A stretch of 64,000 nucleotides of DNA from Monocercomonoides exilis PA203 (taxonomy: Eukaryota > Protista > Preaxostyla). Under the pieces are notes generated by a model. That model had not been told where the DNA came from and made no database searches. It was given only the letters and a program-made list of their open reading frames with translations. This document shows, in pieces, positions 43,201 to 53,079 of this stretch. The stretch covers positions 1,240,001 to 1,304,000 of the forward strand of contig LSRY02000013.1 of assembly GCA_001643675.2 (NCBI GenBank). The letters run 5' to 3'. Numbering within the stretch: position 1 is the first letter of the stretch; every line of letters begins with the position of its first letter. Position numbers and translations under genes: made by a program.

Positions 43201-43255
43201 CAGTTTGACAGAAGTGAAAAAATCAATAAAGAAAATAATGATAGAGGAAGGATGA
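34292..43255 (+). CDS. Giant (~2990 aa) intronless type I membrane receptor-like protein: signal peptide, Pmp/pectin-lyase-like beta-helix repeats, TM helix, TKL-like pseudokinase tail (type B)
   Basis: Signal-like MQLSVIFFTFLACIFNGNA. Repeated F..C.A...GGG[ILM] rungs and CG....PC.[TS][IV] modules. TM segment WMLIVIVVMGVLFVIFMFIFAAVVVLL followed by RKK. Tail motifs RWKAPE, VFSLGLILHEMTTGEVP and RPS. Confidence 0.88.
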   Translation: MQLSVIFFTFLACIFNGNAEENKYSIEQQPDDERESEKIFLNPQVHSHLGYSSIPKTFYNNSFHCMRKFQQSTSVGNTEVEGEIEKINFRNNMKETRNISQTFAPETSSKYFMRYSKKYFSAHIQSEIEGCICGWNSSIELWEIELVGGECGGVMRGRKGSVVVVRGCVVGMGKDNEAGAFDLSGSIGVLANITLKGWGREGEIYSGRLFGGKGDGGEKSGGEEKEGGERGRGRGREGDGDGEDIEGSISVSESRFSSFCVSSAPFLSSPSISLISLSKLSFFNISTANDACSSPTASFSQTSCLMNSCSFSSVCDAYDGGIVHSLNNPYATLTVSNTSFIGCYRVRNVEHIGTEEEKKHPGRQNITENGENTFVWCEWNGSKTTGESDSWSDGISSGGAICMYSQLSAAVSVSHCAFNECVAHWCGGGISCYYIRSVEIENNSFNSCTAQTYLGGGMCIVSISSCVRISGCEFQNCKAIGYGGGLHLENFQVSGIGCVGNESGEGESACVFDCCFTSCSITNNYGGGMRCYNFPVQVKIRSIQFISCSALREGGGLGFDPNRATAPDDGIYCYFLFFHECKCSANTLYGHDVMYYDRYGLFNSSNNPFYECYTTNENDKRVCYGYDYSSTGSWKYQHTEKWDWLKDKTIYVSVKGNDSSLLCGANETFPCLTVKKAFEMCEIQISLAITLMEGNHVSETTTIEIGEKKILVIGTGKDKSSIGTGALSSVGALFSVTTGNLGLLHMKVDCNSNASPSSPSVVVVSDGGGSLSLEDVVITTSKTGDYVMSSSVFVVPLSQLSMVGVEIKDMNVSKPLFSEPNLSSPSSSSSLSSSALYLTATASRDSVLANAKVTNVKLTEGDGVVVAKSVKVGETFVVKNMTIEDCECKDGSGGGIKVEMETDTCKLQVERTTAIKRCRSGKYGGGMMLYLAENSIDFSIVSVDFSGCSASLGGNYVFVNGSNSASWGITTEKLDVQHDDSKYNELVGYDRSDTTMGLFPLNVYLDRYPDAAHVGKGKNGLGGYNSWFCGFDYYPCATITHATQVRYPGTNKKIELDSGYELAEEVGMTDGHEWEISCATKGMEVGVKAPENFESSCLIDVQSICSVRNIKFCIPSALSCASSSSLITSNSTLLTLTDCSVVCSSENSIGYSFVNVIGGKVKVEGLVITETLIFGEHSLIEFGEGVESVVFCGCEVNNIEKRSGDGGWVSGVVGPERDEGKNGIIVIESCVVKGCRCAGGRGGGMSVVVKGEGSVIVNGSCVIDGCEAKGSGESSDGKGGGRGGGMMIVMESRDGSMKMESGREGLFVFGENNKASYGKDVFVGCGGGVLLESKVNGSSFAFFDYRVIPTDVLKLCGSEDGREGEVIPLFVYLCSIGSKLRVDGRGERALDQSHCGFEEFGCLTIDYCVEKRASSNVNEIEVASESWIKNEMKVALFGVSVSGKEEGMRVIVRDEGSISQNNLIECTKSFEMRHLSFVLNEEMNGRRSGFIHSSSSLSTITMTSCSISFGNDEMIGYNVICVEGGGLIVDGFVMEGGVTLKMNGKSPIVISNGVELEMNHSRMNGVGVTGGNGGGGGGCLNVEMKGGSAKIEECNLSSVCSGGSGMKGGGMKISVGKGGRLEMKNVKYSGCEVPREDIEEGGRGMGGGMFVKLADEMGTFVMEGMEFVGCDAWKGKNMFVSGWDLREIVNEEHLKWEMSERGLRSLDGLCGWERMTTGEEGYVIPLVVYLWRNWSGDGFVSREKGGDFSGCGYSEAPCSSIDHLISLRYPILGEGDTHIRIVGSGLLSHSISFSSSISESQKVVIEGTKKGTGVTLSDEDENDLDNGSMISSNVSLSFVNVSFTKPAITTHHEALIESSGANTLLSVSDCSFGPWRGVAESFGYYVMRVDGGSVLIEKCTMNLISDLKGLIAFRPSAAEVTVQNMNISFVDVTERSLISMMEEADKMNGEKKVFSNGNRPVLRVVGCSFSNITNEGIGASVVDVGSFEDGVECVVDECSMSSCKSGLSIEGGGMKVVLKSEETVFKINDSSFSMCKCSKESGCGGGLFIDGSDPHANYGNESQIPPLNFKIVNILFVMNEAHVGKDIFVRCHSIAHQINETLFALNYNQESLNSNNSICGRDASSEGDVDLIPLITFYYGLQVFLSSTGTDGRRCGAQINPCSSINCGIDHIQEGVMNAILIDGEGTVSGECAIEDLVVTSFKKAQAIVKLKSKIEKSTEKDCIMEFVNECGVERCSFQFEDGFESIHNYLLKVKNGSLEIQKCEFFSSTDELKLNNSVMSVESGELMIFDSTFRDVHSARSVLLFNKESYVIIDETRILNVECEKDVVSIGGKAKVEMKEMEAENVTLLSRRCVIAMEDAEQEVSMLNCSFGKYVNSVDKGSMMQIRNSKDVRVEICVFDGEKEADAVNEEQERVEKLCKWNGSLVDIERSNVEMKETTIRNSKAGGLWASGGSLMIEKGEFENNNPEIEGYPSARRNVICAGNGGLNVVCLKGGDGLKDNSSLWMLNDGCSFEGIAGERLSSFFIPVLEEVKNTTQPTGEMELIIHGKLLLPCNLSVKISMKDGEVERIQTQKIEEDGFVSENEVHLRISSELMKVMEKKTEVSVWMVFGKDESCFSNGIVVINKSESQSKGDENENEGDDNINKGESNNEWMLIVIVVMGVLFVIFMFIFAAVVVLLRKKLRKAEKRVEKERLENEQIMEKLEKRRRENNGGSFEMSEMPPTLLEGMTSQIPLLIDNDEEDLPDPPSTNSDEILNENDLPDLVPPLPFSENASASGIPQSHPFNVISAKKPFREKEKRNIKALHSVIHSVQGDFTLGTRAMDVVDGKEVVLAVAELFEHLISVGDERVEMMARQLCPYAIFVEEGNENEIYLLTEELTDEKQKEEMKRWKAPEAGDEEEGIEKAVVFSLGLILHEMTTGEVPLSECNAEEAQEMIRDGVRPLTEGIEGEELIEVMEKMWTDEPNDRPSLTEVKKSIKKIMIEEG

Positions 43256-45365
43256 AGGATAAAGCGATAGAAAATTGTTCCAAAAATTGTTCCTAAATAA
43301 TGAATATTTCTCTCTTTAATATTCCATTGTAAAATTGTACTGTTTTGTAATTATGCAAATGGAGCTTTTCACATCACTTGTGCTTTGAGTTTTTTAAATT
43401 TTATGAAACATTGGTAAATTACCACTCACTGTTCACTTTGGTTTCATGAATAACAAATTATTGCTCATTAAAGTTTCGTTGCTATCCGATTGTTATATTT
43501 TCACATTCACCATTATGAAGATTTCATTCTTAATGTTGCATTTGGATGCTTGACCCTTTGTATTGATTTTTTTTTTTTTGAAATATTCAAATGAAACAAA
43601 ATTTATTTCTTTATCATATCAATAAAATTAACTTTTGAGAGAAAAAATCACTCTCTTTTTGAATTCTCTAAATGCATTTCTGTTCGATTCACACTTCAAA
43701 ATTTCAACTGTTTGTCATTTCGAATAATAACCACAAATTATAAGAGGTTTAATTATTGTGACAATATTTTTCTTTTCTTTTCTTTCTTTCTTTTTTTTGA
43801 ACTCAATTAAAACAAAATCGATAAAGAGCTAACGGTTTTACTCCAATAAATTTTGAGTTCATTGAAGATAAATCATTTTGCACATAAAATTACAATCTTT
43901 TAATTATTTTTTTTTTTTTTTATTTTCTTTTTTTTTATTTATTTATTTATTTATTTATTTTTTTTTTTTTTTTTTTTTTTTTGCATTAAAATAAAATACT
44001 TATTATGATATTATTTCAAAAAAGTTTGGAACAAATCGTTGTTTTTTCATATATGCAAAAATTTTGCCTTATGCAAAATAGAAGGAAAGAATTAAAGAAA
44101 TGGCAAGAAGTTTTGACTTTTTAGAAAATTTGAAAATATTAATAAAGATTAGCATAAAGCATTTATCTTGATGAAATAATGACTTTCAACACAAAAGAAA
44201 TAAATGTATAAATTAAAAATTGAATACAAGCGAATAAATATCAAATATAAAAAAATAAATAAAACAAAATGTTTAATCTTAAAAAAAATGCTCATTTTGA
44301 TAGAAATAAATTCTTTGCCAAAATACATAGCATTTACATAATACTTTAACAAAGGATAAAATAATAGATTTTTGATTGGCAAAAATCGTATCAATTATGA
44401 AACGTGAATGTATAATTCAAATCAGACATGATAAATAAAATTCATTCGGCATTCAAATAACTATAAAACTAAAATGAGGTGAGATTTTTATAATCTGAAG
44501 CAAAAAATATAAAAATGATAAAAATGTAATGAAATATCCAATATATATATATATATAGCTTCACAAGAGCTATAATGTGATCAAAATAACTATAACAAGA
44601 AAATTTGTTCATGTTCCATTAAAATGAATGTGCAAACTATATTCATAATAATAATAATAATAATAATAAAGGAAAAGCAAAATTTTCCCCTCATTTTTCA
44701 TCAAAAAATTCGCAAAATGAACAACGAAACAGAACAAATTGTTCCACTTCAATCTTAAAAAAGAAAGTGTAAAATCTGAAAAATAGAATAAAATAAATAA
44801 ATAAATTAAGGATTAAAAAAAAGAAGAAGAAGAAGAAGAAAGAAAGAAAGAAAGAAAGAAAAGCAGGAAAAACTTCACTTTAAATTTTATTTTCAATGAA
44901 AAAACCTGAAAAATTAAAAAAAAGCAACAAAAGCATCGAATTTCTGTAAAATTGAAAAAAAATATCTGAAATGCCATATTAATGATAATTTGTTTCTATA
45001 AGCATCTTTTGTCGTTTTCGAAGTCAAATTCAAATAAGATCTCCTTTCATTCTAATAAACAATGCTCGAATGAATATGAAGTGATATTGAAGAAGATAAT
45101 GGAAATGCATTTAGCTTTGCAGATGAAGAGGAGTATGAAGAGGAGTATGAAGAGAAAGAAGTCGTTGTTTATAATATAAATAGAAATATCTATGTTTATG
45201 TAATTAATAATTATGATAATGATGATAATAATAATTACAATAAGAAAGATAAAGATGAAGATGAAGACAAACATAATGGAAATGACAATGATGATAAGAA
45301 TAAAGAAGAGTTTTGTGAATGTGATAAGCTGAATGAATTGCTCAATACACAAATGTACAGAAAAG

Positions 45366-46197
45366 CTAAGGTGGCAAGCTTGGGAGCCGGGCAGGGGGAG
45401 AAATAGAATGAGATTTGGTCTTCCGAATGCTGGAAGAAGAGGAATTTAATGAAGAAGAAGAAGAAGAAGAAGAAACAGAAGCAGCAGCAGAAGAAGAAGA
45501 AGAAGAAGAAGAAGAAGCGATTGAATCAAATAGAAGTGATGGTTTTGTTGTCGATGTTATTGCTGAAGCAGATAAAGGTGCATTAGGCTGATGATGGGAA
45601 GATGAGAGAGGAGAAAGAGGAGAAAGTGGAGGAAGAGGAAGAAGAGGAGGAAGAGGACGCAGAGGCTGCTGCTGTTTTTGATTGGGACTGATCGATTTGG
45701 ACTTTGGAGAAGAAGAAGGATTGCGTTTGTTTGGCAGCTGGGAAGAGAGAGAAATGTGCCGAGAAGAATGAGAAGAATTAGAAGAATTAGATGAATAAGA
45801 GCGAGAAAGAGATTTGAAGGGAGGGGAAGAAGAAGAGGAAGAGGAAAAGGAAGCGGAAGAAGCAATTGAAGAAGAAGAAGGCGAGGTAGAAAAAGAGAAA
45901 GATGAAGATTTCGGCGAAGAAGCAAGAGCAATAGAGTTAGATCTGTAAGATGGAGAACGCTGTGGAATGAATGAGACAAAGTTAGATTGAGATGTGTGTT
46001 GAGGAGTGGAATTGTGATGACGGAGAAGAGAAGAAGAAGAAGATGATGATGATGATGATGGTAACAATGATGATGATGATGATGATGAAGATGATGATGA
46101 TGGAGAAGAAGATATGACAGTATTTGATGATGTGGGAAGGGATTGATCATCTGTTGAAGAGGGCGGCAATGAAGAAGAAGAAGAAGAAGAAGAAGAA

Positions 46198-46229
<32 letters not shown>

Positions 46230-49200
46230 AGAAGATGATGATGATGATGATGATGATATTGAATTAGATTGCCTTGATAATTCAGAAATTGGAGGAAGAA
46301 TGACTGACTGTGAAGATGATGAGTGTGTTAGCTGTTGGGGATGTTGAACATTGTTTGATAAAGAATTTGAAGTGGATGGATTTTGAATGGAAGAAGAAGA
46401 GGAAGAGGAAGAAGAGGAAGAAGAGGAAGAAGAAGAGGAGGAGGAGGAGGAAGAAGAAGAGGAAGAGAAAGAAGGAGGAGATGATGAAGGTAATAATCTT
46501 CCATATAATACTTGACTATCTTTGTCTTCTGCTTTTTTTGCACATTCGCTTTTTTCTTGTTTGTCTTTCTTTGAAACCCCATTACTTCCCTCTTTTTCTT
46601 CTCCTTCTTTTTCTTCTGTTTCTATTTTCTTTGCTTTTTCTTTTTCTTCTTCCTTTTTTTCAATCTCTTTCTCTTTCTCTTTCTCTTTTTCTTTTTCTTT
46701 CTCTTTCTCTTTCTCTCTTTCCTTCTCTTTCTCTCTTTCCTTCTCTTTCTCCTTCTCTTTCTCCTTCTCTTTCTCCTTCTCCTTCTCCCTCTTTCTTCTC
46801 CATTCTGTTGAGTGCATTTCCTTCACAGCTGCATAGAAATGCGGGTGAATAGCCAGTTCGATGTCTGTGAAGTTAAACAGAGGAGGCATTGGAGTGCTGT
46901 CGGGCATAAGAGAGCCTTCTTCATCGCACAAGTCAGCAAAATAGGGGTGAGATAGAGCCTGGGGAAAGAGGAAGAGGGGGAAGGAGAGAGGGGAAAGAGA
47001 AAAGATGAGGAAGAGGTAAGGGGAAAGGGGAAAGATATAAGAGGAAAGGGGAAAGATGAGGAAAGGGATAATGATTAGAATAAAAAAACAAATGATTTCA
47101 AGTTAAAAATGCCAAAAAACGAAGAAAATAATAAAAACTGAAAATAAGTTTTTTCTTATCCAATTACAAAAACTTTATTCATTCAATCACAAACAAACAG
47201 CCCCCCTCCTCCACTCCCCCCCTCCCCTCCCCTCCACAAAAAAGACATCTTGTTCAAAACATTGATAATCGCACCTGAAGTGCAGTTATGCGCTGTTGAG
47301 GAGGATAAACCAAAAAGCGAGAGATTAAATCAATGGCATTGCGATCAACACACGGGTGGAATAGCTATGTGAAAGTCAGTTATGAATAATTGATCAAAAG
47401 TGAAATGAAAAAAGAATTATGAAAAAAAAAATTGAGAAATAAAATTTAAAAAAGAAAAAAGAAAGAAAGAAAGAAAGAAAGAAAAAAGAAAAGAAAAGAA
47501 AAGAAAAGAAAAGAAAAGAAAAGAAAAGAAAAGAAAAAAAAAGAAAAAAGAAGAAGAATGCGAATTTTTACAAAAAAATCTTAAAAAATAAAAATATTCC
47601 AAAATAAATCCATTCTTTCTTTCACGCTTTCACTCCTCCATACTTTTCCGAACCCTCTTCCTCTGAATGTTTGTGAAGTGAAGTCAAATGCTTTGATATG
47701 AGAAGCATCCACACCCATTGAATTCAGCTGGGAAGGTGTTGGTGTGCCAAGAATCTGATAAGAAAAAAAAGAAGAAAGAAGAAGAAAGAAGGAGGAGGAA
47801 AAACGTATTTTATTAAGAATATTAATTAAATAGAATGAATTTTGAAATAAAAAAAGAAAAATTAAATCGAATAAAAAAAAAAAAAAAAAAAAAAAAAAAC
47901 ATGCTTTTTAAACCATATTTTAAAACATCCAGAAAAAGAAAGAAAGAAAAAAGAATATGTTACTATACGCATTGTCATTCTCTAATCTCACACACTTTTA
48001 TAATCTCCACCATCTGATCTAAGCTACTTTCGCCTGGAAACAAAGGCCTTCCCAAAAGCATTTCAGCTATCACACACCCCAGCGACCACAAATCTGAGGT
48101 GAATGATTGATGGAAAGGGAAAATAACAGAGAAAATTAAATCAGAAGAGAATAAGCATTCAATGTGTATATATTGAGAAAAGAAAGATACAAAAAAGAAA
48201 AAAGAAAAGAAAAGAAATTTGCAAAAAGAAGAATGAAGTTATGAAGAAATGAATGAATGAAGAATGATAATAAATAAATAAATAAATAAAATAAAATAAA
48301 ATAAAATAAAATAAAATAAAATAAAATAAAATAAAATAAAATAAAATAAAATAAAATAAAATAAAATAAAATAAAATAAAATAAAATAAAATAAAATAAA
48401 ATAAACATACCCACAGAAGTAGAATAATATGTAGCCCCCAGAATAAGCTCAGGTGCTCTGTAATATCTGCTGCATATGTATGAAACTGATGCCTCGTCTG
48501 GGCGAAGTGCCTTTGAGCTAAAATATGTTTCATACAAAATGTGTTATTTCAATTGTTATTGTGAATGATGGTAAGGAAATTGAATTTATAATTGTCAAAT
48601 GAAATCAAATGAAAATGTTGATTTTTTTTTTTTTTGGAAAAAAGGATATCATTTCATTTCAAGGTGAAAAAAAATAAATAAAACAACCTTCCGAAATCGC
48701 AAAGCTTAACCACTCCTTTAACGGTGTCAACAAGAATGTTTTCTAAATGCACGAGGATAGCAAATGAATCAAAAAAAATATATTACATTAAAATTTCATT
48801 TAAAATTTTTTGAATAACAAAATGATTTTAAAATTTTTTTGTTTTGAATATGAAGGAAATTTCAATTGAAAAAATTAGAAGTACAAATACAAACGAGGTT
48901 TAATGTCACGATGGCAGATTCCGATGCCGTGTATGTATGCTAATGATCTGCACAATTGATATGAATACAATTTGGCATAGAAAGAAGGCATAGTTTTTCG
49001 TTGCTTTGCAAAGTACCTGCAGACGCTGTAAACTGTCTGCGGAACATATTCAAGAACCATATTGAGATATGTTTTTGTTGTCTTTAAAATTTTGCATTAA
49101 AATGCTGAAAAAATCTTGAAAAAATGGCAAACTTTGGAATCTTGTGAGAAAAAATATGTTTTCATTTTAACGCAATTAGGATGATCAACTATTTTCATTA

Positions 49201-49651
49201 CTTGCAATTCACGATTCTAAAAAGTGATTGTGCTGATAGAGATTCATAAGCAAATGCAATAAACCTTATATTTGCGATCCTGAACAACTTTTTTAATTGC
49301 AACTAAATCTCCAGTCTCTTTAAGAACAGCCTGGAATACAGTTCCAAAACTACCCGTTCCAGCAAGACGTTCGTGCGAAAATTCAAGTGGATTGCTTTCA
49401 CTTACAAAAATTGAATCGTTGTCTTTCAAAATTTCATGAGATTAAAGATTTGTAAAAATCAAGTAAATACCGCAATCAAGTGTTATTAAAGCTTTCATTA
49501 TAGTTCTTAGTTTTTCTTTCCCTTGCGATGATAAATCTTGTTCAGTTTTATTTTCTCCTGTTGAAGTGCCTGATGAATTTTGAGTAGGTTGAGAAAGTTC
49601 TGCTTCCTCCGTCTTTTGAGCGCAGCTTTGGGGTGAAAGGGAAGCGCTCAT
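45366..49651 (-). CDS. GSK3: Glycogen synthase kinase-3 family CMGC kinase, ~10 exons, with a long E/K- and Ser-rich C-terminal extension
   Basis: Exons give [24 protein letters not shown]^[25 protein letters not shown]^[51 protein letters not shown] and ALSHPYF. Confidence 0.93.
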
Positions 49652-50525
49652 TTATTAAGATTCTGAATGAACAAATTGAACAACAATCGAAATTTCTATT
49701 GCAACAAAATTAGTCTCTTCTTTTTAATTGTAAAAAAAAGTGTTTTGATCAATAAATCAAACAAAGGTTCATTTTATTAGTGAAAAATCAATAGAATTTT
49801 TTATCCAATTTCAGTGTGGAAAATTAAAGCATTGAAATATCTTATTATTGTTTATGAGAATTTTTTTTTCTCAATAAGAAACAATACACCAAAAATTATT
49901 CAAAATCGAAAAAGTTTCATTCAAGATCGAAAATTATTATTCGAAATCGGAAAACTTTAATTCGAAATTGAAAATATTTAATTCAATATCAAAAATTTTT
50001 TGTCTTGAGAAATTTTTAAAAAAATTTAAAAATTCAAACTCATGTCAGTTGCTTTTCTTTCAGTTATTGATCTGAGAAATTTGTCAATTTCAATTTGAAA
50101 AATATTTTTTAATGTTTTTTTATTGTTTGATTGAGTGAAATAGTGGAAATAGGATAAAACTGAATTGTAATAAAAATCTTCACATGTTTTCTGGAGATTA
50201 TAAGGAATTGATGAAAAAAACAAAAGAAATAGGGTAGTTCATGATCTTATTTTGTGCGCAAAAATACAAAAATTCATTTCATTTCTTGAAAATTAAATGT
50301 TTTGTTTTTCGTTTATTGCATTGGAAACTGATAAAATAAAACTTTTTCAATCTTGAAAATGATCAAAGAATCAATTGATATCAGTCTTGAATACAAAAAA
50401 TAGAAGTCAAAAACGAAAGAATAACATTATTAATTAATGAACATTTGTGACTGTTAACACTTGTTTCAAAAAAACTTTTTTGGTCTTGACTTTAATTGAA
50501 ATTATGAACAAATAATCAGCTTTTT

Positions 50526-51159
50526 GGTATAATCCGAAGATATCATCATCCTCAGATCTTAATGAAATTTTGTCTGTAACTCAACAATGCATTGTACATT
50601 TAAGCTGTGCTATTGTCGTATGTCGGAAGTTCATGATTTTGGAGAAAAAAAAATTTTATTTATTTTTGTGATCAAAAAATTAATAAATAAAATTTTTTTA
50701 TTAAAGTGATTTATTTCCATCAAATTTATATGGAAAACGTTGCATTTGATAAAAATGACAAGTAATAATCATCTTCAATAATTTTTAGGGTTCCAAAAAG
50801 ATGAAAATTAATTTTCCTTTTTACAGAAATAAATTTTTCAATAAAGATTTCACATTTATTTGTGATTTTTTTAAATTAATATAAAAGATAAATCATTCTA
50901 CAAATCTTTAAAACCAAGATGCAAATGAATTTATTTAGATATTCATTCTTTTCAAAGAATTAAAGCTCCAAAACAAAAAAATTAATTTAGATCAAAACCC
51001 ATGAAACAAAAAATAGTAATTAATAGAGTGAATTTTTTAATCTGAAAAAACACATTTTCGATACACAAAACAAATATATTCGTTCTTGGAATATGTTAAC
51101 AAGATAAAACTATTATGAATTAGTGTGTTTTGAAGATGACGATATCTTCGGATCATGCC
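50526..51159. mobile_element. Merlin-type non-autonomous element (GG ends, 8-bp TSD)
   Basis: TIRs GGTATAATCCGAAGATATCATCATCCTCA and TGAAGATGACGATATCTTCGGATCATGCC. Flanks AGCTTTTT and AACTTTTT (7/8 match). Confidence 0.7.
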
Positions 51160-51209
51160 AACTTTTTCGATATTGGATTAAACTTTTTCGATGTTGAATT
51201 AAATATTTT

Positions 51210-52697
51210 GGTAAGTGGGCAGATAGCGACCGGTAAAAAAATGAGTTTTTTTCGTTTATTTTTTCATGGATAAGATACAAAGACAAATGCAGAACATGAT
51301 TATTCTTTATTTTTCTGAAAATGAAGTGCAGAAAAAATAGAATGAATTTTAAATCAAAAAAAAAATGATAACTAAGATCGGAATTTTTCATGAAAATTCT
51401 GCATATTCAGATGCAGATTCACCATCGCCAGCTCCATTAATGTCACTTTCAGTTGATGAAACAAGATCATCAACTAATGGAGTCAATGATTCGTCTTCAC
51501 TTTCTGATTCATTCGAATCACTATCATCGCTTTCTTCTTCTGTTGGAACAGTAAATAGAATTTTTTTCACATAATCAACAAAAGAGTATTTTCGTGAGGA
51601 ATGGAACATTTAACTTGCAATGTAGTCATCGATAAACTTATTGTTAACTCCTGTTTTTGGTAAATATTGGCGAAATCTGGACCATAATCCTTCTATTCCG
51701 TTCGTGCAGACACCAGAAAGTGGATTTTTGAAATTGAATTTATGGCATACTGATAAATGTGAATAATCGTATTCAGATAAGCAATTATAAGCATGCCATT
51801 CGTCACTGTAAATCATTGTCTTGGGTCTTATATTTGCTAGGATGATGGTAAGCAAGGTATCTTTTTTTCTATTTTTGACCCTAACAATAAAAAATCTTCC
51901 TCCGAATTTTTCGCTTTTTCTTTCAATACCTCCGAAAAGCCATATCTTTGATTTTTTTCTTCCCTTGTGGAATTTTCTCCGTCTTAGAATAGCCTCGTTA
52001 ATTTCTACAATTTCTCCATCACCTCCATTTGGCTGAAAATCCTGAAATGTGATTTTCGAAGAAATTGCACGACACTGAGAATACCAAAAACAAACGGTCT
52101 TTCTGTTGATATCTAGGAGAAAACTTGTTTGAGTGATATTCAATTTCAAACAAAAATGCAAAATGATTCTGAGAAGTTTGTTCAATGGTATTTTCGAGTT
52201 AAAGAATGAAGTATTTTCTAATAAACAAATCGATTTGTCGCATTTTGCACATTTGTATTGTTTTTTAGTTTCTGATCTCGAATAAATGAACATTTTATTC
52301 AAACATCTCGGACATTTTTAATTGACAACTTTCAGCACATTCTTGATGAGCCAATCAAATGAACATGAAACGCAAGAAAATTTATCATTCAAATCTGCAA
52401 TATCCTTTCTCGAATCGTTGATACTTGTTGACATTGAATAGAAATCAAGCAATAAATCATTTATTTTATTTTGTTATATATAATATTCAAATATGATTGA
52501 TAACAATTTGCACACAAATTTATTATTTTGTTAATGGGAAAATTGAGTTTTTATTTATTTTTTATCAGTTATAATCAGAAATAAAATATCAAAAAAACGA
52601 ATTGAACGAAATCATTATATCCTATTGTGTTCAAATAAATTGTAAAAAATTTCACAAAATAACAAAAAAAACACCGGTCGCTATGTACCCTCTTACC
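51210..52697 (-). mobile_element. Merlin (IS1595/ISXO2-like) DNA transposon
   Basis: 25-bp TIRs GGTAAGTGGGCAGATAGCGACCGGT and ACCGGTCGCTATGTACCCTCTTACC (3 mismatches). Perfect 8-bp TSD AATATTTT at 51202-09 and 52698-705. Confidence 0.92.
51388..52434 (-). pseudogene. Disrupted Merlin/ISXO2 transposase
   Basis: Zn ribbon CPRC..CAKC; VEINE (catalytic Asp replaced by Asn), WLFGGIER, IYSDEWHAY, H.SVCH and TNGIEGLWS. Two in-frame TAA stops (before KCPRC and at 51610). Confidence 0.85.
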
Positions 52698-53079
52698 AAT
52701 ATTTTCGATAACAAATTAAAGTTTTCCGATTTCGAATAATAATTTTCGATGTTGAATTAAAGTTTTTCGATGTTATATAATTTTTGGTGTAATTAACGAA
52801 ATCGCAAAATTATTTGGTGAATATTTTTTTATATAAAAAATAATATTCAGCACTTTCATTGAGTTGATGTTTTCTTTATTGACAAATTTAGTGGTTCAAA
52901 GATGTTACTAATTTAATATAAAATTGAAAAAAGTTTTGATTTCGAAAAAAAATTTTTTCATCGTATTGACAGTCAATGATATCACAATTTTTCACAAAAA
53001 AGCTTTTATTTCATCAACGAAAGAAAAGTCTTGATAAAATGTTGAAATGTTAGTTCAATCATGTTAATGGGTATTGATC

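Larger units (their letters stand above)
49887..52789. mobile_element. CACC..GGTG-terminated non-autonomous element with ~21-bp subterminal repeats and TA flanks
   Basis: TA|CACCAAAAATTAT at 49885-49899 and ATAATTTTTGGTG|TA at 52777-52791. The array at ~49900-49995 is the reverse complement of 51168-51209 plus 52706-52780. Confidence 0.75.

Noticed and set aside
51388-52434. In-frame TAA codons in transposases as evidence for a TAA=Gln code
   Set aside because: Host genes end in TAA and the long ORFs lack internal TAA/TAG. Some stops fall where Leu/Tyr/Phe is expected, and TGA stops and Asp-to-Asn changes co-occur, which indicates ordinary decay.
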